DNA of 64,000 nucleotides from Trichinella spiralis (lineage: Eukaryota), in the NCBI RefSeq assembly GCF_000181795.1, contig NW_003526941.1:4305218-4369217 (forward strand). Reading direction: 5' to 3'. Positions within the stretch are counted from its first letter, which is position 1. Each line of letters starts with the position of its first letter. Below, in pieces: positions 1 through 13,436 of this stretch. Below the pieces are notes generated by a model. It was not told the DNA's origin. It was given only the letters and a program-made list of their open reading frames with translations, and did not search any database. A program made the translations under genes and the position numbers.

Positions 1-1145
1 TCACCGATGGTTGGACGTTATCTATTTATACAATAAAGAATATTTAATTCATTCGTACTGCTACGATGAAAAAGATCAGAAGGAGAACAGTTGGAATTCT
101 TGACTTTCACAAGGGAAACATCGACAAGGAGATGATTAAACCAAAAAGAAGGATTAAATCAAAGAAAGAAAATCAAAGAATGGAATTTAGAAATTATGAT
201 GCACTGTTATTCGTCTTCAATTATTTTCTTACAATATGGCTGTTTCTTATAAGTATCATTACAATTGCTATTGTCAGTACAAATAAAATGTACGAAAAGA
301 ATAAACTGAGAAGTAATATTGGTGCACTACTTACAAGTATATAAACAGGATATCGTTCATCTTAACTCTTTCCAGATATTGCACTGTATTAGATATGGTT
401 GTACATTTAAAAAGCCATATTTACAATGTAATATTCAAATTTAAAATTTATGAAAATCCAACACAACCAATATGTGATATCAGTTACATGATGCCAAAAT
501 GAAGATTAAAGTGATGCGATGCTGATGGTGGTGCTATCCTACACGGAAAAAAACATAATTACAAACAAACAGGAGTGAAAAATTATTATGACGCATATTT
601 ACCTCATTCACTTAGCTTTCACAATCTGGTTGTTTCATATTCATTGATATGAATATAAAATAATGTCAATTCTGAAAGTAAATTATATCTCAAAATAAAA
701 AACAAAGAATTTCTTCGTCTTCACTATCTGATGTACCTGAAAGTTAGCAATAACAAAACTATAAAGAGACCCGTCAGTTTCCATTCACCATATAAGTAAA
801 GTAACATGCATAGCATACCACCACCAAAATATCAAATCCAACTTACCAGTTATTCATGGATGGTGTAGAAGAGCAGAATTATAGTTGACGACCTGCCAGA
901 CTGAGAGCATAGCAATGAACTGAATAACCTAATGTAATCGAAGTTCTCTGATTCGATGTATAATACTAAGTAAATTATGCAAATGACTATTTACTTTGCC
1001 TCCGGAAGAACAACCTAATTTTCCATCACTAATAGCGCAGTAGAATAAATATCATGAACAGCGTTATTAAACAAGACGATGAAATTTATTACGTTTTTAC
1101 TTATACACTTCATACTAATACGTATTACTGCATTATTACGTAATC
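1..1145 (-). pseudogene. Degenerate exon-bearing segment; inverted paralog of 58441-58629 plus 61145-62250 (runs off the left edge)
   Basis: The reverse complement aligns by eye to the right-end copy. Bases 110->3 translate VKVKNSNCSPSDLFHRSSTNELNILYCINR*RPTIG, gap-free against VKVKCLNCSPSDFPHRKSKNK*DIVYRINGSRQTNR at 62138-62245. A donor (CTG|GTAAGT at ~846) is shared. Homology is clear; pseudogene status is inferred. Confidence 0.5.
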
Positions 1146-2173
1146 GTGCACTATTACGTAATAGAACAATATTATGCAAATTTCTTTTACTAAAATAAAC
1201 TGAAACAAACTTTTAATAATCTGAAGCATTGCAAATTACTAAAAATACAATAATTTATATTTTGTAAATGACTTTCTACAAATCAAAATTATATGGATAA
1301 TAAAAAAATCGCTTCTACTGAAAACAGTTTCAAAAATGAAATACGTTTTCAGATTTATAGTAATGTAAACAGCTTTAAGACGGGAAAAGAGTAGGGAGGG
1401 AACAGCAAAGAAGGAAGGAGGGAGAGGTAGCAGGGTGGTGGAGGTAAAAGTTGTCAGAATGTGATTCGCTTTCCTTCACTAACTTTTCATGCATAATTAT
1501 CAGGCGTTGTTTCATTTGTCAATACTGACAACATTTATGGAAATAGACCCTTTCTCTCAATGATAAAAAACAAGTGCATCTATATAAGTTAGTGTTATTG
1601 GCAAGACAGCGACATCGAACTATCTTTCAGGAGTCAGTTTTGAGGATGAGGGGAACAATTTCAGGCCATTCTGACAGTTTCAAGAGTGGTAGCTAAAAGT
1701 GCTCTGTAGCAAAGAGCAGCTTTCCTATGTCTTACTGAAATAATGCTGGGCACAAATTGGCCAGTGTCAAGCATTTAGGAGGCAATTGCTATAGTGATAA
1801 TAGCATATAGAGCAATTGCAATAGGTCAACTATGTTACCTCACCAACAAACATCATGCAGGGCATTAAAGATAATATGCGAGTCGCTCAACGGCTATGGC
1901 AACAGTATTTTCCAAATGCATTTGTAAGGACTGTTGGGAATTAAAGATGTATATACATCACTACTACTATATCACACGGTTTCAGATTGGCGTGTCTCTA
2001 ATGTAATAGTGAATATTAGTTGCACATTGTTACAGAAAAAATGAATAAGCTTCGATTAAAATAAATTAAACTTTAAGAACTACGAAAGATTTTAAAAGCG
2101 AGTATGTTTAGTTCAGTGTAGCAGGAGAAGGAAAGAAAGTATGAAAAAACAAAAAATATGCAAAAATTCATAC

Positions 2174-3070
2174 CTGTCAGCAGCTCTGTCATTGATGAGC
2201 TATAAAGAAAACGCAGAGCTGTTAATTTGCCAATTGATGTTCGTGGTTTCATCATATTTTTAGTCTGACAATCACAACGTATTTGTTGAGGTGAAGCACC
2301 AAAATAACCAAATAATGCAATGCAGTAAGTAATTAGACCGCCCTTCAGCAGCGAACATTTATATTATAGTGCAATTCTCTCAATAAACAGAAATTTATAT
2401 AAGGAAAATTACTTCCGGATTTGAATGGCGCAAAGTGCACGTAGCAGAATGCCATCAGCAGTGTTCACCTTCACATTAGCATGAACATACTCTGCTGACC
2501 TAGAAATGCATGTATGCTTTGAAAACGTGAGGTAATGTAATGGGCTAACAACAAAGACTATAATAATTGCTCAACAGTAACAAAATCCTGAATACGTTAC
2601 AGATGAAAGTCATTATCCATGTCAAATTATATTATAATGTATGACTTAATTCAAATAAGCACAAAAAACTGTTACGCAAATGAAGCTGAGCAGTAACGTT
2701 AATCGTACCTAAATTAAACAACAATCAACTATTAGTTTAGGATCGCTGCCTACGCATGCAATAATAGTCAGCACGATAATTATACTTTGCAATGAATACC
2801 ATTTTCAACAGAGTTAACTTATTAATTTCAAAGAACCGATTGCTTAGTTATCATTTAGCAGTTACATATTCAATATCTATTTCTAGCATTATTACAATGT
2901 CAATGAATAAAAAAACTCTAACTTACAAAAATAGTCAACTTACCATCATTTGGAGATACATTTTTTGAAGAGTTGCACAACGTGATTGACCATACTGAAT
3001 ATAAATCATGTTGCTTGTCAGGTTTCCTTTGAAATCGTCTTTTATTCTGTTGTTGCACGACAACATCCGC
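2174..3070 (-). other. Exon-like open segments with splice signals, product unidentified (possible degenerate gene)
   Basis: Minus-strand AG/GT-bounded open stretches at ~2174-2345, ~2412-2499 and ~2944-3070. Phases do not join cleanly and no motif is recognisable. Confidence 0.2.
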
Positions 3071-4449
3071 CTACAAATATTCCAAAATTATCTTCACAAC
3101 AAAATTTAGAATTCATGAATTGATGTAAATTCAAATCATACACAACATGATCATCGATGAGTTATACTTTACGATTCATATTTGATTTTCTTTTCGTAAA
3201 TGCAAATTTGCATGAAGATTGTATTAAACATGTAGTACACCTACATTTTGTTATGCTCAGAAATAAAGCTCTGCGACAAACAACAAGATATGAGATCAAA
3301 TCGAACAAACAACAAGATATGAGATAGAACTTTACAATATTAACAATAATATTACTCTGTACATCTAGACACCATTGCATAGCCCAAATAAAGTAAACTA
3401 AATAGTTATTATTTGAGTTTGAAAGCAAAAGTTTGGTCAACTTATTTCATCACTGTTAGGCGCATCTCAATAGCATGCAAATTTTCCTGCGTTCATTGCC
3501 TTACCGTTTCTCTGCTTAGCAACTATTGCTCATCACAAGCGACGGTTTCTAATATATGAAAAAACTTCATTTGATATTCTTGTTTTTCAGAAATTAAATG
3601 ATATCTAGTAACGGGGAATAACTTAATTGTTATTATTGTGAAATTGTATCATGTATGTTGCTTTTAGTGTCATTTTAGATTAATAGTCGTGAAAATTTTT
3701 GTTTGCCTAACGAAACGAAATGCAGGCACAGAAAGACTTGTTTACCAGAAAATGCATGCAAATTTTTGTTCTACTGCAATTCATACGTTTACTTGGCTTC
3801 AGATTCAATGGTTGTTGATGTACAATTGGTACGGAGAGTGCTTTGGTGCGGAATTGGAAAACTGAATCTATTAATAAGATAATAAATAAATTAAATGACG
3901 ACCCTGCAAAATGTATGTTAATTTAAAACGTTTTTCTTCAATTGTTATAGAAAATATATGATAACTTAAAATGATCAAAGAGTAGTGCATGTACAAAATG
4001 AGCCGTAATTCATTTTTAATGCAAATTAAGTAAAATTACATAATTTGAAACAACAGATTCACACGCAGTAAATGTTTTATTATTGACAAATAAGTGGAAA
4101 GAACAAACAAGCAAACAATCGTGAATTGCAGACATTAATTGTAAAAACACGAAAAGTATGCAAATTAAACATAGTCCATAAAAATGTACAGTAATACTGA
4201 GTGTAATATATGACAGCAATATCGTCACACATCAGGCACAGAGGTAATGGTGACAACTTTCAGACATATAGCATCCACGTCCATCATCGTGGTTTGTTCC
4301 TACGACTTTGGCGGTTGAGAGTGTAGTATCCGCCACGAAGCAAAATCTCAACTGAAATGCTGGACTGCAGGCACAGGGGCTTCTATGCAGAGGAACCTGA
4401 AGCCAAATGATAATCATACCCTGACGTTCACAGAGCTGCACATTGACGG

Positions 4450-4700
4450 ATACACAGCGATGCACAATAAAATAAACAGTTGTGTAATGGAGAAAACAAG
4501 TGGCTGCGGAGTAATGGTCGCGGTGCACGATAAAACTGAATTGCTGCGCCGTAGGAAATAACCCGGTGTGCAGTAGCTGGCGTTGTGCATTATGCAAAAA
4601 TTTTTTGCAATGCAAATGATAAGCTGCTGCGGAGTAATGTCGCGGTGCACGATAAAATTGAAGTGTTGCGCCATAGAAAATAACCTGCTACTGAGTAATA
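4450..4700. repeat. Degenerate ~62 bp-period minisatellite
   Basis: GCTGCGGAGTAA-like anchors at ~4503, 4565, 4627 and 4688; 4503-4563 and 4627-4685 are near-identical. Confidence 0.6.
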
Positions 4701-7089
4701 GGCGTGGGATATAGTATGCAAAATTGATGCACTACAAAAATTTTACCATAGAATTTACTGTGGAATTCAATAAATATACAGCTTCTTCATAATAGGAGCT
4801 GAAAATTGACTAAGAATGACTAAGAACAATAAGAAAAAAATCTGTAAAAATAAATCGCATCAGACGAACAGAGAACATCGGATGAAAATGTTGAAACAGA
4901 AGTTCTACTAATAAAAGTTCAACCGATTATTATTAATTGCAATCGATGGGAACAAGCAATATTGCACATCCTCACCATTTCAAGGAAACAATGAAAATAC
5001 CTCCTTTCGCCTAATGATGAGTACATGTATCATCATTGAACGCTGTTTTGATGTTATTTTAAAAGATTCGTTTAAGCAAGCAAAATATACAAATAAAGCA
5101 TGACAAAAGTTTTGTCAATTATTCTATAAACTGATATCTTTTCAAGATGACGGTGAAAAATGAAGTTTTCAGAAATTTATTAAAATAATCTATTAATAAT
5201 AGATATTTAAAATGCTCTTTTATCCTGCTTTAATTGAAAATAGAATCCTTTAACAGAGAAATCAACTGCTTTCATTTAGGTGTATCAATTAATTAATAGT
5301 GAAGTAGTATTTTCAATAAAATTTCATTTTCCAATTACAACATAAATAGAACTGACGTTGAAAATTAATGTATTTTAAATGATGAGAATGGAATCGGAAA
5401 TTTCAATTTTCATGTCAGCACAAAAGACCATGTAGAATGCATGTCAAAAGACTGAGCAAAGAAACTGATCACTGCTACAGTACCTCGATAATTTCAAAAA
5501 TTCTGCAAATGTGAATAATTAGATTCTTTTAATAATAGTCATATTATACACAACGATATGCATTTCATTATGATATATTCCTTTTAGTGACAAAGAATTA
5601 TATAAGATTGGTTGAAGAAGAGAAATTTCTTCGACTTTTTCCCATGTAAAATTCACATTAACAGTTAGTTTTAAGTTTTCATGCTAAAAAAACAGAACAC
5701 GATAATCAAAACTTTTTCGAGCGATTAAAAAATTACTTTATTAAAATTAGTTTGCATCGATTAGTTGGCAGATTTAAATTTCTACATATTAGAAATGCAT
5801 GCTTGTTGGGTTCAGGTTCAAACAGATGTCAGTTAATGGTTGATGATATTGTTAGAGTTAGTAGAAAAATGTTCGTCGATAAAGAATACAAAAGTTCTGG
5901 GATGCGAAACTTTAGTGCTTGTATAGCAAGGGAAAATGTGAAAAATGGAAACCAGTGCACCGAATGTTCTCCGAATAAGCTCAATCTTCATATTCAAGCA
6001 ACTTAAACATGAGACAAATGTTAAATGAGATTCTCTATCTATTCGAGTAAATTGAAAATAATCACCTGCAGCATTTCTAATTGTATTGATTAAGCATATT
6101 AGTTGAATTTTGAAAATTTACTTCGAAATGTATTATTAATTTTTAAAGCGTTGAACAATGAATGAATGAATGAACAACTTCGCATGTCATCATATTGGAT
6201 CTCATCAGCGCTAATTTAAATAGGTTATTTTAAATTTTAAAAAATAATAACACTTTTTAGAAAGTGAAGTAAAGAAAGCAGATTTTGAAAACAAAATTTA
6301 AAAAATACAAACCGAAATATTTCTTCTCACCTTAAAACATTTTCCGTTTTAATTATTATCATTTTCATATTATGATATTTCATTTATACAATTTTCTTCA
6401 CAATTATTTTTTTTATAATTTAATATAAATTACACTTCCGTAAGATTTCGTAAGTGTGAAGAAAAATTGAAAAAAAATCATAACAAGCAACCAATTAGCA
6501 ACTGGCATAAGAAGCAGCAAAACGTCTGTAGTCAATTTTTCACGTTTCGGCAAAATTACTGTCCACAGCGTATACTGTTCGAACTTTATTTCTGTATTTT
6601 TAATGATTGAATTTAAATATGCTGTTATTGCGTTGATTACAATTTCCAATCTTCCACTAAAATGCTCGATTTTATAAAATAAAATCCATATCTCTTACCC
6701 ACTACTACCGCATGCCAAGCAAATTTCCTCTGTTCATTTGTTGTAATGATTTTAAAAAAATAAGAGTAAAATTAATGTTTCGCTTATTATAATGGTGCAG
6801 ATAATGCAGATGCACACAAAATTAATAAGAGATATTTTCTAGAAAAAGGTTTTAAAAAAGAAGATTATGTATCAGCGAGGACAGGAAAATTAAAAGCATA
6901 TATATGTTAACAGCGTTATTTTTCAGACAATTAAAAAAATGGATTTCCGGAATAGAAAGAAATATAATGGAAAAAGCATTTTCTTCTTGTGAAAAATTAT
7001 TACTTTTTAAATTTTCACATCAATTCCTCCCTCCTACATTTTCTTCTACTTCCACGCTTTATTTATTGAACAAAAGAAAGAATAAAATA

Positions 7090-8417
7090 ATGGTGAGCAT
7101 GATTTTTATTTAATATTCAGCAAATCTCAGTATACTGAATGAAAAATATTTTTAAAAAATATTATTATTATTATATTAAAATTTAAGAAAAAAAAACACT
7201 ATGCAACATTTGAAACATTTCCATTAGAGAAAATTAGAATGCATGGAAAATTTAACGCTGCAAAATAATGGAAATTTTTTTTCATAGATTGAGAACAATG
7301 ATGAAGCATACATGGCAACCGCAGCAGCAGCAGCAGATGAAAATATTGCCGTCGACGGTTATGAATACATGCTATCAGCTATACCATTCGTTATTGCGAG
7401 TATTTTCATTTGCGTCGTAAGTGGACTTTCTTTGATAGCATTGAAAAGTTGCAAAAATAAACGTAAACAAGAAAATTTCATATCAGGTAAATAAATTTGA
7501 ATTATTAGAATTAAATATTCAAAAAAAACAAGAAAGAAATAAAACCGCAAACGATGGTCTGTTCAGGTTTAGCGACCAGTTGCCTGATGCTGGGAGTGGG
7601 CCATTGCATCATGTGGACAAGAAAAATTGTAATGAAACACAAAAGTACAACCGCAATACCCAGACGACAGTGCATGCTTGAAAGTGCGCATCATTTTTTC
7701 AATAAAATAGGCGAATATTCTTCGGCCGGATTTATTCTACTATTGTCGATCGATCGTTGTATAGCCATACTGTTTCCAGCCCTGTATCAACAGTTCACTG
7801 CGAACAATTCCCGCCAACTTGTAATTATCAATTTCGCATTTTCAACTTTGATCTATTTGATTACACTGCTAATGCCAATTTACCTGTCCGATATTGATGA
7901 ATTAATTTCTGCCCACTGCATCTATTCGGAAATATTCACACCCAGAAGTAGAAAGTTGAATTCCATTTTAATACTGTGCATGAACTACGCTTCGGTTTTG
8001 CTGTTCGTTGTAGCAGCATCTGCAATGTGGTGCATTGAACGAAGACAGCAAGTTCAAAATACTATTTGTCGTCAATTGCAATGGAAACTTGAAAAACGAC
8101 TAATAAACGTTGTATTCATTTTATTATTGTCCACAATTGTGACCAACGTTCTACCGATGACCATTACACGCGTTGAATCGTGGAATTTTAAAAGTTTAAA
8201 AGATACAATTGAATATTTGTTTCCAATTTTGATTTCTTTGGAAATTGCAATCTATTCTATTGTAAATAAGAGAATACGAATGTCCGTATTGCAGTTGTTC
8301 AACGGTGAAATGAGACGTATCACAACGGTTAGAAAAGTTTTCACAAGATCCAATGCACCACCACCACCACCACCCGCTGATGCAACCGTAGCAACTGTTG
8401 ATCACCAAGTTGCGTAA
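7090..8417 (+). CDS. Serpentine 7TM GPCR (Srsx-like chemoreceptor), copy 1; exons 7090-7092 (ATG only), 7288-7486, 7567-8417
   Basis: Multiple hydrophobic helices and TM3 motif LLSIDRCIAILFP..Y. GT-AG intron 7487-7566 is in phase 1. Upstream ATG|GTGAGC joins in frame to the TTCATAG acceptor at 7287; an alternative start is 7312. Confidence 0.8.
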
Positions 8418-9669
8418 AGTATCAAATATATTTTAAAGAAAAAAACCTTAAATTTATTCCCAAATACCTTTCCACCAAGTTGTGTAGCATATGCAAAAAT
8501 TTTGCTTCAATAAACAAATGTTATCCAAATCTGTGTGAGAATTGGAAATTTTTTCAGAAAAAATAATAAATCCATAAACAACAAAAAATGTTCGTATTAA
8601 TCAGAAATAATTTCAAAATTTAAAAGCAACACAAAAAGATCAATACAAATTGACAAAACAACAAATGTTACTTAGTGGAAAATGATTTTTTTGTTCTCTA
8701 CTTTGGAAACTTTCCAATAAATAGAACAAGTAAAAATAAGTGTAATTTAGAAACTTTGAATATAATTTTTATATTTCATTCAATTGAAAAATTCAATTTG
8801 CGACCATTAGTTATTAAAAAATAAAAAAAAAGTAAAGAAGTAAAAAAAAATTCGACCATCTTCTTTCTACTGATTTCATCTGCTTAATGATGATGATGAT
8901 GATGATGATGGAAAATTTTGATTGAAAATTAAACAATTAAAGAAAAATTAAATTCACTTGAAAAGAAAAACATATAAATCGAACACTGCTACAGACACAT
9001 TCGTAATATGATTTACCGATTTACATATCGCAATATTTTTCCATTAAAATTGACATATTTATTCCATACGTTACTAGTCAAACCAATATCATTGTCAATT
9101 ATTTTCTTATTTTATCTTTCCATTATAATCATCCGTATATTTCATCGTTTCACGTAAATCTATAGCAAAGTTTTCAATTAAATAAATATTATTATTCGAC
9201 AGATTTCATTTACCACTAATTATTCTGTTACATTCGTCGTCAATTTCGTCAAACTCACAAAATGAATACGATCAAAGAATCATCATCGACGACAACTGTT
9301 GTTGCACTTTCTCGATTCAAATAATGGAATATAATCAAATAATTTTTTTAAAAAAATTATGAACAAAAGTAAGTGATTAGTTCACGTTTTTATAATAAAA
9401 TAATACTAATAAATGGATCTCTGTTCTATTGTTTCTCCAATGTATAAAACAAATCACGAGATAGAGAGAGAGAAAAAAAAAGAAAATTTTTTTCTCTTAT
9501 ACTGAACAATAATTATTATTTATTATATTTACTTTGAATTAAAATGTCGAAGATTGTTGTATAATCAAGTTACAATTGTTCTAATCCAATAAACCGTGTA
9601 TTATTCAATTTTATTCCATCTTTCAATAGTGGCAGATTGTTACTGATCGAATACTACACATTTCTTCAG

Positions 9670-10765
9670 ATGACTTCCAGTGAATTACAACTCACCTGGC
9701 TGAGCACCCAGAGCATTGCCGAAGAATATGTCAAACAATCAAATTTACCTTTTCTAATAACTGGTAGTTTCATTTGCATACTGAGCTTATTGTCACTGAT
9801 TGCATTTAAAATGTGCAAAATTAGAACAAAACAAGATTATTATTTGTTAGGTATTTATGCATTTTGGTATTTCAATTTCAAAGTAAAAATATCCACTGGT
9901 AACAACAATTGTGAATTTTTAAGGATTAACAATTGGTTGCCTGCTTTTGGGAACTGGCCACTGCATCATGTGCATCAGAAGGCATGCGGTGCTCGCACAA
10001 AACTGGCACCCTGTAACTCGTCGACAGTGTATTCTTGAAAGTGCACATCATTTTTTCACAAAAATCGGTGAATATTCTTGTGCTGGATTCATATTCATTT
10101 TATCTTCCGATCGTTGCATCGCTCTGACAGTACCTAATTTATACAAACAATTCAATACTAAAATGGCCAAATATTTAGTATCGGTAAATTTCATCCTATC
10201 CACATTCTTATACATTGTTGTAGTGTCGATGTCGTTGTTCATTTACGATTGCGATGAACTTATTTCCAATTATTGCTTTTATTCAGAAATATTCACTCCT
10301 CTGGTGTACAAGCTGAATGCAATTATGATACTGTGCATTTATTATCTTTCAGCGTTTCTTTACATTATAGCTTTAATCGGCATGCGCTATTGGCAAAAAC
10401 ATGTTCAACACAACAGCATTCGTCAACTTCAACTTAAACGAGAAAAAAAAATTATGAAAAATATGCTCATCTTTCTCGTATCCACAGTCGTCACTGGCAT
10501 CTTGCCGATGACAATAATGAGCATCAATGCATGGAATTTGAAAAGTCTCAGTGACTTTTCCACATACTTTTGGATATTGAATCCAGTATCGTTATCATTA
10601 GAACTGTTGGCATATTCTGTTAGCAACAAGAAACTTCGAACATTGCTGTTTCAGTTGTGCATTCGTAAATTAAGTGCTGTCAAATTATTCAGAAAAACAT
10701 TTCTGAAACATTACAATTCCACTACTGTTACTACAATAGCAACAAATATACCACCGCATACATGA
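9670..10765 (+). CDS. Serpentine 7TM GPCR (Srsx-like), tandem paralog; exons 9670-9850, 9924-10765
   Basis: Shares RRQC.LESAHHFF.KIGEYS.AGFI..LS.DRCIA and C.YSEIFTP with copy 1, and has the same phase-1 intron position (9851-9923). Confidence 0.85.
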
Positions 10766-11522
10766 AAAATAATTTAACTCATTTGAAAAATGTTTCACAT
10801 CACCAAAGAATCATCGCCCAGTGAAGCATTTCTTCCGCACAAATATCTCATTTATATCAAATTTACAGAATGAAATAAAATTGCATTTCATTATGAAATT
10901 TTTTTCTGAAATTTCTAATCTAATCTTAATCTAATCAAATTCAAAGCGCTTGAATTAATTCAAATCAAAATTAAACTCTTACCTTCTTTTTTCCCATAAA
11001 AAAGCATTTGATTGCACCTTTTCACGTCGTCATAACAACACCACGGAATGCAGCGATTTAGTTTTAATTGGAAAAATCATTCTACCGTACCAACTAATTA
11101 AAATTAGGATGCAACAGCAACGAAAACTCATTTTTGAAAATATGAAAAATATGACAGAAAACATAATCAATAAATAAACCAATTCCGAAAAAGTCATTCT
11201 ATTCCATTTATAGCATGAATTTGTCGTAAATTGGCAGACATGTAAATAATATTAAAAAGTATAAAATTATATTTGGTAAAATTAATAATGGAAAAATTTG
11301 ATTTCGACAAAATTTGTTCTCTGTGCTCGTTCAATGAAAACGTTCTCGTCGTCAACAGTGCCGTACAAAAGATCCCTATTGAAAATTGATCTTTCGCCCA
11401 ACATTACTGTAATTTTACAATACACTACAGTATGCTGTTGAAAATTTCACTGGAATAAATAAGAATAATTGAATTGAAATTTGCCAAATTTGTCACTGAA
11501 TTTGTGAAGAGAAAAAAAAATC

Positions 11523-12281
11523 ATGACTTCGAACCGACGCAGCCGTGTTCAAGTGGGCCAGTTGTCCGATGATTTCTTGCGATTGCAAGTATCGCCGTCG
11601 GTGAACGTGACGCAGAATCAAGCGGATGGAAATTCGGCTGCTGGTGCTGGTGATACAAACGTGACTTTGTACAGCACATTCGTACCGCCTCGAACGAGAG
11701 GTCGTCTCGTGATTACAATATTGGAGGCGAACTTGACGAAAAATTACGGTCTGGTCCGAATGGACCCCTACTGTCGCCTTCGCGTTGGCAGCGGCCTGTT
11801 CGAAACGCCGACAGATCCCGGCGGCGGGAAGACGCCAAAGTGGAATCGCAGTATACAGTGCTATTTGCCGGACGGTTTGGATTCGATTTATTTGGAAATT
11901 TTCGACGAACGGGCGTTTTCGTTCGACGAGCGCATCGCCTGGGCTCACATCCTGCTTCCGAAGGCGATTTTCGACGGCCAGGCAGTGAACGAATGGTTCC
12001 CATTGTCCGGCAATCAAGGTGACGGCAAAGAGGGTGTGATCAATTTGTTGATTTCTTTGGAGCCGATTCAAATGATTTCACAACAACAGCCAGTTCTGTT
12101 GGTTCCAGTTATCAGCAGTTCTGCTTTTCCAACGCCGCCTCGCTTTACACAGGCTGACGTCAAAGAATTGCACGACATGTTTCCCAACGTGGACGAGGAA
12201 ATTATTGTCAGCATTCTGGAATCGAAAAACGGCAACAAAGAGGCGACCATCAACGATCTGCTTGATTTGAACAGTGAATGA
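11523..12281 (+). CDS. TOLLIP: Toll-interacting protein (Tollip; C2 + CUE domains), intronless
   Basis: GQLSDDFLR N-terminal motif; C2 domain (LTKNYGLVRMDPYCRLRVG, WNRSIQCYLPDGLDSIYLEIFDERAFSFDERIAW); CUE domain (LHDMFPNVDEEIIVSILESKNGNKEATINDLL). Confidence 0.96.
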   Translation: MTSNRRSRVQVGQLSDDFLRLQVSPSVNVTQNQADGNSAAGAGDTNVTLYSTFVPPRTRGRLVITILEANLTKNYGLVRMDPYCRLRVGSGLFETPTDPGGGKTPKWNRSIQCYLPDGLDSIYLEIFDERAFSFDERIAWAHILLPKAIFDGQAVNEWFPLSGNQGDGKEGVINLLISLEPIQMISQQQPVLLVPVISSSAFPTPPRFTQADVKELHDMFPNVDEEIIVSILESKNGNKEATINDLLDLNSE

Positions 12282-12546
12282 CGAATTAGTGATTTGATCA
12301 TCGATCAGTTTTATTATAGTTTTTTTCTTTTCTTTTTTTCTCAGCTTGATGTAAAAAAAATTAGCAAATTTGTTCGAATAAAATCATTTGCCGTCGATTT
12401 ATAATTTCATCGTTCATTGCTTTGTTGTTTTGCAGATTGCGTTGTGTCGCATAATAATTATTTTTCGTCCAATTTTACAAAACTAATTATTAATTTTGCC
12501 TTACATTTTTATATTTTCTACCAATCTCTATTAGTAGTAGGCTAGG

Positions 12547-13287
12547 ATGACGACGACCAACGTTAGCAGCAGTGGTAAATATTCCATCATTCTACCGACG
12601 TACAACGAAAGAGAAAATTTGCCAATTTGTGTTTGGCTTTTGGACAAATACTTGAGCAAGTCGAACGTCGATTATGAAATTGTCGTCGTGGACGACAACA
12701 GTCCAGACGGAACGCAACAGATCGTGAAACAGTTGCAAGAGATCTACGGCAACGACCGTATCCGTTTGAAAGCACGAAAAGCCAAACTGGGTCTTGGAAC
12801 CGCCTACGCCAGCGGTCTGGACGAAGCTGTGGGCGAATTCGTCGTTCTGATGGATGCGGATTTGTCCCACCATCCCAAGTATATTGTCGATTTCATCGAC
12901 AAGCAAAAACAGGCCGACTACGACATTGTACTGGGCAGTCGAATGCTGGCCGGCGGGGGAGTGGCCGGTTGGAATCTGAAACGCAAAGTGGTAAGCCGTG
13001 GGGCGAATTTGCTGGCCGACATGATGTTGCAATTGCACGTCACCGACGTCACCGGAAGTTATCGACTGTATCGACGAAATGTGTTGAAAACGTTGATCAG
13101 CCAAAGCGTCTCCAAAGGGTACGTGTTTCAGGTGGAAATGCTCGCCCGAGCCAGGGCAGCCGGCTTCACCATTGCAGAAGTACCAATCGTGTTTGTCGAC
13201 CGCTTCTACGGTCAGTCGAAACTGGCAACTTGTGAAATAATTGGTTTTCTCAAAAGTCTACTGTACCTCTTTTTCTACGGATGTTGA
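12547..13287 (+). CDS. DPM1: Dolichol-phosphate mannosyltransferase subunit 1, intronless
   Basis: KYSIILPTYNERENLP, VVDDNSPDGT, KLGLGTAY, MDADLSHHPKYI, SKGYVFQVEM and EVPIVFVDRFYGQSKL are all DPM1/GT2 motifs. Confidence 0.97.
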   Translation: MTTTNVSSSGKYSIILPTYNERENLPICVWLLDKYLSKSNVDYEIVVVDDNSPDGTQQIVKQLQEIYGNDRIRLKARKAKLGLGTAYASGLDEAVGEFVVLMDADLSHHPKYIVDFIDKQKQADYDIVLGSRMLAGGGVAGWNLKRKVVSRGANLLADMMLQLHVTDVTGSYRLYRRNVLKTLISQSVSKGYVFQVEMLARARAAGFTIAEVPIVFVDRFYGQSKLATCEIIGFLKSLLYLFFYGC

Positions 13288-13311
13288 TGTGTGTGTGTGT
13301 GTGTGTGTGTG
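13288..13311. repeat. (TG)n microsatellite immediately after the DPM1 stop
   Basis: Seen directly. Confidence 0.95.
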
Positions 13312-13436
13312 TTGCCCAGAAAGAATGAATGATCATAATTATATATAATATTTCTTTTTCAAAAATTAATCTCAATTATTTTTATTCAAAATAAAAAAAA
13401 TGAAAAGATACTCTCGCTGCTGATTGCTGAAGATAT

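Noticed and set aside
4450..4700. ~62 bp periodic repeat (and the 63350-63920 array) as CRISPR-like arrays
   Set aside because: Eukaryotic context, degenerate repeats, spacers related to each other, no cas genes.
11493..13235. Long antisense/alternate-frame ORFs over Tollip and DPM1 (192 aa, 170 aa and others)
   Set aside because: Shadow ORFs of GC-rich coding sequence with no motifs.
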